Below are positions 47,175-60,895 of a DNA stretch of 64,000 bases, one piece after another. Below the pieces are notes generated by a model. The model was not told where the DNA came from and made no database searches. It saw only the letters and a program-made list of their open reading frames with translations. The DNA is from Carcharhinus amblyrhynchos. Taxonomy: Eukaryota. The stretch spans positions 186,001-250,000 of the forward strand of contig OZ336903.1 of assembly GCA_965287045.1 (NCBI GenBank). The letters are read 5' to 3'. Position 1 is the first letter of the stretch. Every line of letters begins with the position of its first letter. The translations under genes and the position numbers were made by a program.

Positions 47175-49529
47175 CTAACCCAGCATCGGATCACCGAATC
47201 ATCATATCTTACAGCACAGACACAGGCGAGTGAAGGAAATGTATATGGAAAATGTTTGCAAATCATATTCGGCCTGCACTGGATTTTGTACATTTTTGCA
47301 CTGTTTTACCACTTTTTTCAAAGAACAATTTCCGAGGAACAATTGAAGGCCGGGGAGAGGATAAGGGTTAAAATTTCCAGGTTAAATCCAGGGGAAATGG
47401 ATTGCTGTGATGTGGAGAAAATGCATAAATTGCATGTCAGATCCAATCACTTTCATCAAGAAATCTGTGAGTGAGTGTTCTCACCGACACGTCCAATCCA
47501 ATCGGCTGTTTAAGAATCCTATGGAGCCCGAATACAGCCTGAATTCACAACCTGATTTTCACATCTTCACAAGGGAAAAGTGTAGACATTTCACTCCAGC
47601 AGCAACTCAAGCAAGAAGTTCAAATCTGTAACACCTGGAATTAAACAAGAAGTTTTTTTTTCCGAGTAGAAACAGACCTTTTGCTCCTCGCTCTGAGAAC
47701 AACCTCCAAAGTTTTTACTGTCTTCTATTTGGAGAACAATATTCTCGAAAGACAGAAAGCCCAATTTATGAATGTTGTTAATATGTTACATCTCCATACG
47801 GAAATATTCAATGAAATGTTTCTGTTAAAAGACTGTTATTTTCTATTTGAACTTAATTACTTTTTGAACATACTTTAGAAGCACCATTACATATCCGGGC
47901 GAGTTTGCTGCCTCCGCCCAGTTTAGAGTGACAGAGTTCGGCGGGACTGTGCCGCTCAGAGATATTTCTTATTTGTTGTACAAATGTAATTTTATTTTCA
48001 TGATCAACTTGAGATTCATTTGAGTGAATGTCTTTACAGAGCCGCGTTTAGAGAAGGGAAGCCCACAAATGTATTTGTTCCATACAGGAAGAAATGATTC
48101 CTGAGAAGCTAAGCAATTGGTATTGAGTGATACTCTGTGTCATCCCGAAGCAGCTCACTGTCTGCGCAGCCTCAGAACACTCGCTGCGCAGTTGCTGAAC
48201 CGACCGGAAGCACCTGGCCTTGTGGTCAGGTCTCTGCTCGCATGTTAGTCGCTGCTACACTTCAACATTGACAGATTGCAATTGCACATTGGAACTTGTG
48301 TCGGGCAGTGCCAAAGACATGTAAAACTTCAAGTACCTTCATGAATTCTCCAGCAGCATGTGACAGAATGGCATCTACAAATAGTTATCGGGGACTCCGG
48401 GAAGAGTGTGTCGCTAAACCTTATTAAATTTCACTTGAGTTCAACAAATTTGAAATCAATGGTGTGAGATTAAACCGATTGCCTGGGCTGTATAAATCAA
48501 TATACTACACATAGACCTTTGACACGCTTCGACGCGGAGGGTCCACCATTCAGCTCCATATCTATTATCCCTCAGTGCTTCCCCCGTGAACACAGCAGAC
48601 CGGGTGCACAAGTTCACTCAGAGCATTGAGATGAGAGCAGATTAGAACTTGAGATACTGGGTACAGCTCCTCCTTTATTTCCATAATATCTTGACAGTTT
48701 TTGGTCAGTTTCAATGTATTTCAGTTCTCAAAAATGTGTCCAATCTATGAAATGATAAACTACAAACACGGAGTGATTTCCATGTGAGTAATTTTGTGAC
48801 GTTGGCATCCCTGACTTCCTTTATTACTGAGAGGGCGGCTTAAGCACTGTAGTCACTTTGTGATGTGACAAAGTCTTAAGCAGGTACCGGGTGCCATGGA
48901 AATTAGAGATTCAGATTTTGATTTGTGATCTCGGATGGAGCCTTATTACAGATTGGTTATTTGGGAAATACTGCGGGTATCGAGTCAGTTTATGGAGGTT
49001 GAATGAACAAACATTGGTTGGTCTTTGATATTATTATCATTCATCTTTCCATTTGCAGCACCTGTCTGCAAAACATATTTTTTCAGGATAAAATTTCTAA
49101 CGTCTCACATCTCCAAGCAAAAATATATTGATTATTTACTGTTTGTTTGATCCTGTGTCCAAATACCTTGGTGAAGAATCTTATTTACCTGAGCATTAAC
49201 TGAAATCCCAACATATCTGCATTAATTCCAATCCCAGAACTCACAGGTTAACACTCAGTGATTGAACCATAGGATCCCTATTTTGCAGCAGAAGGTCATT
49301 CTGCTGAGTCTGAACTGACTCTCCAACAGAGCATCTTCCTCGTGCTTTATCCCCGGGACTCCACATTTTTTTATGTTGGTAAAACCCTAATTTATACATC
49401 CTGCGACACTAAGGGGCAATTAATAATCGACCTAACCCGCCCACCTTTGCACTGTTTTTTTTTGAATAGTTCAATTCCTTTGTACAAAGGAACGTTCAAT
49501 GTATCTCTCTGTCATCTACATCCTGACCA

Positions 49530-49737
49530 CTATGTGGGGATGTCGGCGATGGACCGGGGAGGGCTCTGTCAGAAGCCTCACAGCACCAGATAAAAGTCCA
49601 TCATGTTTATTTCGTATCACGAGCATTCGGAGCACTGCCCTTTCATCACTCATCTGATGAAGGAGCAGTGCTCTGAAAACTCCTGATACCAAATAAACCT
49701 GTTGGACTTTAACCTGGTTTTGTGAGAATTCTTGCGA
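49530..49737. mobile_element. Older palindromic Penelope-like element
   Basis: Degenerate inverted arms around about 49650; ctgatgaaggagcagtgctctgaaa core; head homologous to the 36053 element. Confidence 0.7.
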
Positions 49738-50029
49738 TATCCTGCCCATTATCGACCTGACAATTTTGCTACTTTGAATACTGCCAAATATTTAATGATC
49801 TCCTACTTGTCTTTTTCTGTACAGATATTTATTTGTATACACCTACTTATATCATGAACTCACACTGATCCTTGTGGTACACCTCTGAACACCAGCCTCC
49901 TTTTCAACAAAACACCCTCTACCTCCAATTTCTGTGTCTTAACATTATGTCAGTTATGGACACAACTTGTCATTTTACCCTGGATCCAATGCACTTTTAA
50001 CTTATCGATCAGTGTCCTTTGTCATTTGT

Positions 50030-51422
50030 CATTCAGCGCCTGACACCTGTCTGGAGTCACTCTGTCCTTTCAGATTCATTCTAACAGACCTGGCTGGGGT
50101 CAAACTGTCCTTTGAAATTCAGTGTCACAGGCCTGGTTGGATAAGCTGTGCCCTTTGACATTCAGTGTCATAGAACTGCCTGGATAAATTGTGTCCTTGG
50201 AGCTTCAGTGTCACAGAACTGCCTGGATAAACTGTGTCCTTGGAGATTCAATGTCACAGACCTGGCTGGGTAAACTGTGTCCTTTGAGATTCAATGTCAC
50301 AGACCTGGCTGTGTTCGAACTGTTACTTGAGATTCAGCGTCACAGGCCTGTCTGGGTTAATTCTGTCCTTTCAGTGTCAGTGTCACAGCCCTGGCTGTGT
50401 TTGAACTATTATTTGAGATGCAAATCTCATGCCTGGCAGGGTTCAGGCTGTTCTTTGAGATTCACTGGCATAAGCCTTTATTGCTTCACTCTGTCTTTAA
50501 ATTCAGTGTCACAGACCTGGCTAAATACACTGTGCCCTCTCAGATTCAGTGTTACAGGCCTGGTTCTGTTCACTCTGTCATTTCAGATTCAGTGTTACAG
50601 GTCTGGTTGTACTCACACTGCCCTCTGAGCTTCAGTGTCACAGGCCTGGCTGGAATCACTCTGCCTTTTGAGATTCAGTGTCACAGGCGTGAGTGGGTTC
50701 AATCTGTCCTTTGACAATCAGTGTCAGAGGCCGGGCTGGATTTACTCTGCCTTTTCAATACAGTGTCACTGAACTGGTTGGGCTCACTGTGTCCTTTTCA
50801 GTTTGAGTGTCACAGGTCTGGCTGTATACATTGCATCTTTTGACATTCAGTGTCGCAGGCTCTGTGCTCGAAATGTTATTTGAGATTAAAGCTCTCAGAC
50901 CTGACAGTGTTCACTCTGTCCATTGAGATTCAGTGTCACACGCCTGGTTGGGATCAATGTGCTCCTTGAGATTCAATGTTAGAGGCCTGGCTGGTTTCAC
51001 TGCGTCCTTTCTGATTCAGTGTCGCAGGCCTGGCTGGGATCTGTTTGCCTGTTGAGATTCAGTTTCCCAGGCCTGGCTGTGTTCAAACTGTTACTTGTGA
51101 TTCAATGTCACAGACCTGGTGTATACACTGTGCCCTTCGAGATTCAGTTTCCCTGGCCTGGCTGTATTCACTCTGCCATTTGAGATTCAGTGTTACCGGT
51201 CTGGCAGGATTCGTTGTGTCTTTTGAGATTCAGTGTCACGGGCCTGGCTGAGTTCGAAAATGTTATTTGAGATTGAGTATCACAGACCTGTTTGGGTTCT
51301 CTCTGTTCTTTGAGAGTCAGTGTCACAGGCTTGGCTGGGTTCACTTTGCCTTTCAGTTTCAGTGTCACGGGCCTGTTTGGCTTCACAGTGTCATTTGAGG
51401 TTCAGTGTCACAGGCTGGTCTG
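50030..51422 (+). repeat. 43-bp minisatellite, about 32 diverged copies (GAGATTCAGTGTCACAGGCCTGGCTGGGTTCACTCTGTCCTTT-like)
   Basis: ttcagtgt recurs at 50588, 50631 and 50674 (period 43) and throughout the array. Confidence 0.92.
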
Positions 51423-51424
51423 GA

Positions 51425-51685
51425 CATGGAGAGAGTGTGGTGGCTTACTGAGTGCATTGAGACAGCATCACTACCTGATGGAGAGTCAGGTGCTGAGTGC
51501 ACTGAGACAGCATCACCAGCAGATATAGTGTGAGGTGGATCACTGAGTGCTGTGAGATAACATCAACAGCGGATAGAGAGGGTGGGGGATAACTGAGTGC
51601 AGTGATAGCATCAACAGCAAATGGAGAGAGGGGTAAATGAGTGCATTGAGTCAGCATCACCAGCAGATGGAGACAGTGAGTATTC
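51425..51685 (+). repeat. 45-50-bp minisatellite, about 5 copies
   Basis: tgagtgc...gacagcatcaccagcagatggagag recurs about every 45-50 bp. Confidence 0.8.
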
Positions 51686-51689
51686 TAAA

Positions 51690-52665
51690 CTGAATGTGGT
51701 AAGTCAGAGACAACAGGAGATGGAGACAGTGAGGGGGTAACTGAGTGGACATGGAAAGATTGCTGTAATGTGGTAAACAATAAAGGTGTTTGTGTGATGT
51801 GGCAGGTCACAGGTTGGGAGTTGAAACTGGGTAAACAGAAGGATAGCAGCAGGATGTGTGAGGTCACAGTTTGGTGAAGTTTCGCAGTAAATGAGGATGT
51901 AGGGTAGATTTTGGAGGACACAGACAATGTTGTGAAATGTAGAGATGACTAAGGGTAACAGAAGGTCTTCCTAGTACAAAGAAAGATTGTTGATTTGTCG
52001 ATAGCAGTGAGGAAAATAACAGTGTTTGGGGGACACAGAGATGTGTGACAGGCCGAATGAGTGAGGATAACAGTTGGATATGAGAGGACACAGGTACATT
52101 GGTGAGACATAGTCAGCAGTATAGATAATAGCAGGGTTTGTGATGCCCGACAGATTGCTGAAATGTAGTAAATAATGATGATTATCATCCAATTTTGGAG
52201 GACACAGAGAGATGGGAGAATGGCAATAGCAAAGAGAGTGACAACAGGAATTGGCAGGACACAGACAGAATGGTGCAATGTTGTAATGAGTGAGGATAGA
52301 GCTAGGATTCTGGAAGACAGGCAGTTTCCGTTAACGCAACAAAGAATAAGGATAACGGGAGGAATTGTCAGGATTGTAACTGTTAGGGATATATCCAGGA
52401 TTTCTGTGGACACTGACTGATTGGATATCAGTAAGCTTTACTGATTAGATATCAGTAAGCAGTGAGGATATCGGTCAGCTTTTGGAGGATAGGGATTCGT
52501 TTAAAATATCACAAACAATGTGGGCAACAGCAGATTTCGGGGGGATAGTGAGAGAATGTTGAAATGTAGTAAATAGTGTGGAGAACAGCAAGTTTCGGGG
52601 GGATGCAGACAGAATGGTGAAATGTGGTAAACAGTGTGGATAACAGTAGTTTTCAGGGGAATCAG
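51690..52665 (+). repeat. Highly degenerate ~58-bp tandem repeat
   Basis: gaaatgt at 52561 and 52619; recurring gaggataacagca..ttttggaggacacagacagaatg. Confidence 0.65.
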
Positions 52666-54210
52666 GCATCTGTAGATCCAGGACGGATAGGGCTGGAGGG
52701 GGAGGCAGGAATCATTGGCTGATCTGCTGTGGTCTTGTCCGTGCCCAGCTCGATCTGATCAGTGCAGCCCAACACACTGGAGAATGTTCGGTAGGAAATG
52801 AAGATTAGAAGTCTAACTAAAGTGTCATCTCCTTCAGAGGGTCACACACTGTATTCTAACAAACTGAACTGGATTACACTGAATGGGAAGTCATGTAATG
52901 TGACCCTCACAGACTTCATGAATGAAGTGCATTTTTTTAAGAGGGGTGGGGGGGTTGGGGAAATTAGTTCCAACTCCAGCCTGGTTGTTCCTTTAAACAG
53001 GAACTGATGTTTATCTCTGTGTATGTGTGACTGTGTCCCTGGGTACAGTTCCCAGAGAGTTGAAAATACTGCATCTCTCTCTCTCTCTCTACAGAGCTGC
53101 TGCTTAAAGACACATTGACAACATTTATCTGACGGAAACATCTCTCTCATTCGCTTCGTCTCCTCCCCCAATGAGTGCTTCTACTCTCAAAATAGTCTAC
53201 ACACTTTTTTTTGCAGTTCTGATCTGTGGTGACTCATTAACCATTAAACACAGGACACACACATTCAGACACCGAGACAGACAACAACAGAGGTTGTTTT
53301 GGAAATCAGAAATTGAATTGTAAATACAACAACAAATAACTTGCAAAAAAATTGTTTGCAAGCTGAAGCATAAAACGAACTTTGCACGAATCAGCAAAAG
53401 ATGCAAACCTGAAACTGCTGGAGTTTTGGATGAACAAATTGTATAATCCACATTCAGGCCTGGTCCCTCCCTGCCTGGGCAAGGCTGCAAGTTACTTTAA
53501 ACCCATTTTCCCTCAGCTCCCAGTATGGGTGATGTGAAGGAAGAGCCCTGGGGTAAACTGTTTGCCTGCTGCTCAATAACCCACCCACCTACCCACTCTC
53601 TCTCTCTCTCTCTCTGTCTTTCCCTCCCTGAAATTAAATTGTCACAATTCACATTGGGGTTTTCCTTCACATTTTATTGAAAGATGAAATATAGATAGGA
53701 ATGTTTTGGGGCAGAGAGAGGGGTGGGGTGCCAGGATTGGTAAGAACACTGGAGAGAGAGAGAGACAGAGAAATTCTAAACCCTCCATCCAAATATAAAT
53801 TCCTGGGGAAAGAGAGGGAGGAAAAAATAGAGTCACACAGCAGAGGAACGGGCCACTGAGCCCACCAGGTCTATGCTGGCCATCAAATCCCAATCTATAC
53901 TGCTCCCATTCCCCAGCACTTGCTGCAGAGCCTACGATGCCTCAGCGATTGAAGTGCTTGAATTTACCCGACCCCGTTTCAACTTGCTGTTTTCCTTCGA
54001 AACACTTTGTGGCCCGTCAGCAAGATATTGTTTCAAAAAAAACGTGTCCTCACTGTTGCAGTGCGGGCAAAGGCCCCAGGCCCAGTGTGTACACAGGAAG
54101 ATCCCACAGCAGCAGCAGCCGTGTGAACCTAGATCAGATGGGGCACAGTCCCTCCCATCACACCCTCACACTCTCATCTGCTGTGAGCCCCCTCCCCCAC
54201 TCAGTACCCT

Positions 54211-54251
54211 GAGTGTGTGTGTCTGTGTGTGTGTGTGTGTGAGAGACAGTG

Positions 54252-54303
<52 letters not shown>
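54211..54303. repeat. (GT)n microsatellite
   Basis: Direct reading of the sequence. Confidence 0.95.
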
Positions 54304-54540
54304 ACTTTCCAAGTTTGCAGAAAGTGTAGAACTTCATCTGAAAAAGAAACCAAACCATTTTAAAAATAAAACCTCTGCGGTGCGCAGCAAGATCCCTGAA
54401 TTTCCTGTCAGTTGTTTTAAACCTTCTTTTCTAATTTGGTAAATCTTTATACAGAGAGAGAGTGAGGCAGAGAGGGGCTGAGACAGTGAAATTCACCCCC
54501 TCCCCCCCCGGCACCCTCAGAATTGAATCATAACATGTAG

Positions 54541-54623
54541 GGCAGCACGGTGACACAGTGGATTAGCGCTGCTGCCTCACAGCTCCAGGGACCCGGTTTC
54601 CATTCCTGGCTTGGGGCACTGTG
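54541..54623 (+). mobile_element. SINE tRNA-like head fragment
   Basis: gggcagcacggtgacacagtggattagcgctgctgcctcacagctccagggacccgg. Confidence 0.75.
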
Positions 54624-55475
54624 ATCCTGTGTCTCTTCCCAATCCCTCGCTGCAACCTACACACCTCGCATCATGCCATCGTTTCCTGCTTTCCACTGTC
54701 TCTCCCTCCCTTTTTTTCACCACCCCTTCCCCGTCTGTCTTTCTCTCCCACCTTCCCTACCTGTCTTTCTATTTCTCTCTCCCCCACTTTACGTGTTTGT
54801 CTTTCTCTCATCCTTCTCCTCCCTCCCTGTCTTGTTTTTTTCTCTCGCCCTCCCTCCATCTTTCACTGATGTCTCTGTCTCCCACTCCCTGAACCTTCCT
54901 CTGCCTTTCTCTCTCTCTCTCTCGCCCCCCCTCCCCCATCGCAGCCATTCCCAAAGTAACCCGCACACTCTCGCCTGCTGTGAGTCCCCTTCGCTACTCT
55001 TTACCCCGTGTGTGTCAGTCTGTCTGTATGTGACATCCCAAATTTCCATAAATTCTTGAACTTCCTCTTAAAACTAAGCCAAACTTTTTATTAACAACAT
55101 TCCTGTAATGCACAGCAAGCTCCCACAAGGTGCAGTCAGCTGGGTTGAGGTAGAAGGTCCTGGTCACCCCATGCAGAACAACACACAGTTTACAGAATAC
55201 TGATCAGAATGCTAGTCTTTGCAGCTTACCTGCTATTCAAGTCTTAAAGATGCAGACAATGTGAGTGGAGATAACATTAGCATAGGGTAAAGAGATGTGT
55301 GATAAATCACCTCTTCCCAGGTATGGTCAATCACCTCTTTCTGCATGACAGGTATGTAAACATATTTCCCTTGTGTACCGGCTGTTTTGACTCATTTTTT
55401 CTCGTGTAGAAGAGATAAGACCCTATTATCCAACGCACTGAGATGTGATCCCATTCCCGATTGGAACTTGGATAT

Positions 55476-55812
55476 CATAGAATCCATTCCATATAACCCT
55501 GCACAACAGGAGAAAACCATTCAGCCCATCGAGTTTCTAATGACAACAATCTCACTTCGGCCTTATCCCCGTGACCCCACATATTTATCCCCCTAATCAG
55601 TCTAACCCACACATCCCGGGACACTGAGAGGCAATTTAACATGGTCAATGCATCTTACCCGCAAATCTGCAGACTGTGATAGGAAACCGGGCAGCCGCAG
55701 GTAACACATGCAGACACGGGGTGAACCTACAGGATCCACACAGACAGTAACCCAAGCCGGGCATGGAACACAGGTCCCTGGAGCTGTGAGGGAGCAGTGC
55801 TTACCACTGTGC
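55476..55812 (-). mobile_element. V-SINE
   Basis: Reverse head (tccctggagctgtgagggagcagtgcttaccactgtgc) and V-domain. Confidence 0.8.
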
Positions 55813-56219
55813 TAACTTATCTGCTAATATATTTAAAATAACTGAATCTAGCATGATTGTGTCAGGTTGTATCTTGAGATGTGAATATAGAGGCACTTTT
55901 GTTGTGTGTGCACAGCATCTGCAGCTGAGAGTCCATCTCTGCATGTTCTCAATGATCTTTGACAATTTGTATTTTGCCTGGAAAGCGAGCCAGCATTTAT
56001 TTCCTCTCGCCAAGACATTTCCTCCAAAAAAGTGTGTTTTTTTCTGTTTTTTTTAATGCTTCACGGAGTTTTTTTACTTTCCCGTTGAAGTTTTTTTTTC
56101 TTTTTCTATTTCCTTGCAGGGGTTCCATAACATGATAGATTCTGAGTAGAACAGTCACTTCGAATGCCTGCCTGGGTTCGGTACTAAGGGACAATTTAAC
56201 GTAGTCAGTGTAAGTTTTT

Positions 56220-56497
56220 GTTTAAAGTTTATTTATTACTCAGAAGAAAGGCTGAAACTAACAATAAGTTTGTAGTGAAATTCCACAAATCGCCACAGTG
56301 TGGCGGCGGTTCAGGTCAATGAACCGAACCATCATGTCTTTCAGAATGTGGAACGGAAGCGGGGTATACGGGGGGAAACCCATGCAGACACGGTGAGAAC
56401 CTGCGGGCTGCACACAGAAGATGATACAAGCCAGGAATAGAACCAAGCCCCTGGAGCTGTGAGGCACTGCTGCTAAACGTGTCATCGTGCCGTCCCA
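56220..56497 (-). mobile_element. V-SINE, decayed
   Basis: gggggaaacccatgcagacacggtgagaacctgc reverse V-domain and head. Confidence 0.7.
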
Positions 56498-56775
56498 TTT
56501 TTTACATCTCGGCCAGCACATTCTAACAGTGAGATTTACCCTTCTCTCTTGCCCAGGGGCAGGATATTCCTTCCCTCCGTTACTGTTCATGATGTAGCAC
56601 ACCAAGTTATCCACACCACTGATGTATACCCACATACCCCAAGATGCATTTCATACCTTAGCACCACCTCCGATGCTATGTAAGCAGCAACTCTTCCCTC
56701 CCTCTTATGTACCTGCGATGTTGTCTCTCCATTCAGCAGTTTGCCAGGAATAGGTCGTCCAATCCTCCCCAATTG

Positions 56776-57078
56776 GGGCGGCACGATGGCACAGTGGTTA
56801 GCACTGCTGTTTACAGCGCCAGGGACTCGGGTTCGATTCCAGGCTTGGGACAATGTCTGTTTGGAATCTGCACTTTCTTAGCTTGTCTGCATGGAATTTC
56901 TCCGAGTGTTCTGATTTCCTTCCATACTGGGAAAGACGGGCTGGTTGGGTGCTTTGGTCATTCTAATTCTATTCTGGAGTGTAAAGGAACAGGCACCAGA
57001 GTGGGGTGTCTGGCGGATTAACACAGTAACTCCATTGCAGTGTTAATGTTTGCCGATTCCTGGCGCTAATTAATAAAC
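56776..57078 (+). mobile_element. V-SINE (counterpart of 1120-1402)
   Basis: gggcggcacgatggcacagtggttagcactgctg..gggttcgattcc with A- and B-box-like sequences. Confidence 0.8.
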
Positions 57079-57571
57079 CTTATGAAACGCAGCAATATCA
57101 CAACAGACAAAGCACATGTAATATCGGCCCAGTTCCTTGCTGCAGATGTTACAACAGACTGTTTTCCTGCAACATCAACTTCATATCCAATATCCATATC
57201 CAATAGTGCACCACGAATTATCAGCCATGCTATAATATTAAATGTTAATCCATTCTCTTGATGCACCTGGTATCACTTCAAATTCCCGACGCCACGGAAT
57301 TTATTCGATCAAAACGTCAAAACTGAGGAACCTCATATATTTTTCTGGTGTTTCTGGTTACCTGGCATTCATATTTCACTTCCTGAAGCTATTTTCTACT
57401 TATTTTATGCCCAATTGGAGACTATCAAATCTTAGTGTCTTCTAATAAGAATGGGGCCTCACTATGCCTGAGAAAATTAAAATCAGCCTCGAGCCAACAT
57501 TCAGAACAGCAGCACATACTGATCATTACATTTAACGCAATTGTTTTGATTCCGTTATGCCCGTCAATGAA

Positions 57572-58452
57572 TTACAGATTAAAGGGATTTTTCAATGTAT
57601 TTTTCAACTGCTCTCTGAATTTTGTCTGTGTCACTGCATAAATGCAAGTATTTGTGCAACAACTCAGAAGCTGCATCATGAATCCCAATTCCTGCACAAA
57701 CCAATGGAGATACATGTATTCATATCCCAAATAATCCATCCGGTTCCATATCGTAAATAGCATAATCACCGACCATAATATAATGAAATTGGCTGAAATA
57801 ACAAACAGTAAAATGATTGATTTCCTTCGAACTTCCATCTCTGGGTCTCTGGAGCTCTCCCCACTGTTGTGAGCCCGGAGTCTTCTGCGGGCTCTGCTGG
57901 ACAGTAGAATGTGTCTGACGGTGAAAACATTAAGCAGCAAAATCAGGACAAAAGGGACCAGAGGGGTTATAATATTATGAAGGAACTCAATTGATCCCCA
58001 GACCGAAGAAAACATATTCTTGATATGTACTGTACAAAACCAAGGTCGGTTTCCCTTCCAATACTCGTCTGTGAGCATAAAATACCAGGACATGTTTTTT
58101 AAGCAACTCAATGTTGTCACTGTCCCTAAAACAACAGTTGCCATTTTCTCAGTGCAATATTTTGTTTTTAGCTCTTTGCAGCAAATCGCTATAAATCGAT
58201 CGACAGTGAAAGTGACAGTGAACCAGACAGAACAGTCAGTGGCTGCAAAAAGAAAGACGGCGTGAATGTTGCATGTGGGGATGGACAACAGGAATTGAAA
58301 TTGTTCCTTAAAAACGATTGGAATGTGCCTCAATATGAGGTCGAATATAACAACCATTAGATCCGCTGCTGCCATGGCGATAAGGTAGCGTGTCACACAT
58401 TTAGAAAGACCACATTTTCCTCGGGACAGGACCACAATTGTCAGTAAATTGA
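57572..58452 (-). CDS. GPCR-C exon 2
   Basis: ORF 57572..58435 extended to the acceptor at 58453-58454. Confidence 0.93.
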
Positions 58453-60895
58453 CTGTGGGGAAGTGAAAGAAACGCGGTTACTCACAATCAGGCTGAAAGT
58501 AAAATTACCACATTAATTGAGTACTAATTGCATTGTCAAATGTGTTGATGTAGGGCATTGCAGTTGATGCATTCTAACTGGATTTCAGTCAGGATTTTGG
58601 CAAGATCCCGCACGGGAATCTGATCAATAAGTTAAAAATACATGGTTAGAAGGGCACGCGACATACTAGAAAGGAATATGCAGGAGTGAGAAGATCATAT
58701 TTGAAGCTGGTTCTTTTACTGGAAACTTGCGTGCATTGGTGTAAAATAATGATATGTGCGGGCTCTTTGCTGCTTGTAGTGAACGTTAATCATGTTCGCC
58801 TTAACAGTGAAGGTATGAACTTGAAGTTCACAGAAGGTATGCAAATTTATAATGGGGTCAATCGTGAGGAAGATTACAGAATCATACAGACGGGTTGGGA
58901 AGTTTGATAAACCAGTGGCAACTTTAATTTAAACTTGGCACGCCCGAACAGACGCATTTTTGCTTTCCAACAAGGCAAGAGAATGTACAATGAACGACAG
59001 AATGCAGGAAGTACAAAGATCCAAATGAAAGGTGTGGTGTATGTAGGAAGATACACAAGGCTGTGGCACAGGTTGTTAAGAGGGCGCCTAATTTATTAGC
59101 CATGGAAGAGAGATTTAGTGGAGGGAGGTATGATTGGGCTATCTAAAACAACCATTAGCCCACAAATGGAGAACGGTGTGCAGTTCTATTCGCCATGCTG
59201 GGCGGAGCACGTGATTGCATTCCAGAGGGCGCTGTAGCGACTTTCTAGGAGATTGCTTGTGTTAATTCGTTTCAGACATGAAGAGAGAATGAGTAGGCTG
59301 GAATTTTTATACTTCCATTAAAGTAGGTTGAACAGGTACTTCACTAAATTTGCAAAATCGTGAGAGGCAAAACACTTGTAGATCAGAAGGAAATGTCACC
59401 CCAAGTAGTGGGGCCAATTACCAGGGGCATAGACTAAAGGAATGAAGCTGAATACCTTTAATGCCGTGGATTCGATGTAAAGCGTTTTCACCAGAAAGAC
59501 AGTGGGAATCTGGAACCCGCTGCCTATGTGGGTGGCAGAGGTGGAAACATTCAGACCATGCATGAAGTATTTAGACGGTCACTTCAAACAGCACATCAAC
59601 CAAGGCTATGGGGAAAAAGGCGATAATTGAGATTGCAATATACAGTTGGCTAATGGCTGGAGGAGGCATAATTGACCGAAAAGCCACTTTGTGTTCTAAT
59701 ATTCTATGATCTGAATAATTGACCGGGAGCCAAGATATATCAGCAAGATCTTGGATAACAGAAGACATGCGTGAGTTAACACACAGACCTGATCTAGGAC
59801 TCTGATATTTTGTATGCAAGTTTGCGAATGGTTAAAGTCGGAGTGTTTTCAAATATCCAGGGATGGATGTTAAAAAAATAACTTCAAGCAACAGATGAGG
59901 TGAGACAGGGAAATGGCACAGTTCAGAGATCTTACAGTGTTGGACATGAACAGCTATGGTCATGGGACACATGACAGGTTGGGTGATATTTTGGATGCCA
60001 GATAGGCACTGAGATTCTGACAAAGTGATGCATCCTCGGCACACTTTCAAAGATGTTACGGCAGGCTTTCTGACGGTGGGTGAATGCACTGTTTTTGAAC
60101 ATACGAAAAAATTGAAGGAGCTAAACGTTTTGCAGAATGTGCATGTTTGTTCTCTCAAATTATTCCAGGGAACAGGAATTATGCAGTTAAATGGACAAAT
60201 TGGTGAATGTGGGAATGTTATCTCGCCGCAGGGAAGAGAAGCAGAGCGTTTTGTAAAGGGTTTAACGTCACGTTGTGTTTATATATACACAATACAATGT
60301 TGATTTTGCCAAATGCTATTTAGCGAAATTGATGATTGAGATGATCTGGGATTTAAACTCAGTTCAGTGTCAGAGGGGGGGACCTCAGCTCCTGCTCTGC
60401 GACAGGACTGGAATCAGTGAGCATGAAAGCACAGATTGTGAGGATAACTGAAGACAATGGATACAGTGTTCCCAAAATCTAACCCTAAACCTACACCTAA
60501 CCCAATAATTCAATATATTGTTAAAGGCAAATCTGTGGATTCTGGAATCTGAAACAGAAACAGAAAATGCTGGGAAATCTCAGCAAGTCTGGCAGCGTCT
60601 GTGGGGAGAGAATAGATCCTACATTCCGAGCCTGGGTGATCCATCGGCAGGAAATACACAAACACTGTAGTTCAACATTGTTAATAGAAATAATGAATGC
60701 TTATAACTACTTACTTGGCACACCAATGATCGCGAGAAATGGATAGTAACCAGCTTGAATAACTTTAAGGATGCATTCGAGCCGCCATAACGGTGACATG
60801 TTTTCGTAAAAACTAAAAAGATCGTAAAGAGCCCCGGATAAAGATCTGTCCAATGTGGTAACATTCCAGGCTGTTATATTCAGATTCTCATCCAT
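57572..60895 (-). CDS. GPCR-C: two-exon class A GPCR, paralog of GPCR-A, 353 aa; join(60715..60895, 57572..58452)
   Basis: 181 + 881 = 1062 nt in frame; donor A|GTAAGT, acceptor ccccacAG|TCAAT; about 78% aa identity to GPCR-A exon 2 by hand count. Confidence 0.9.
60715..60895 (-). CDS. GPCR-C exon 1
   Basis: ORF 60707..60895; phase-1 donor after GVP. Confidence 0.88.

Noticed and set aside
50030-51422. CRISPR-like repeat/spacer appearance of the 43-bp array
   Set aside because: The variable halves are homologous to each other, the repeats are degenerate, there are no cas genes and the context is a vertebrate genome; it is a minisatellite.
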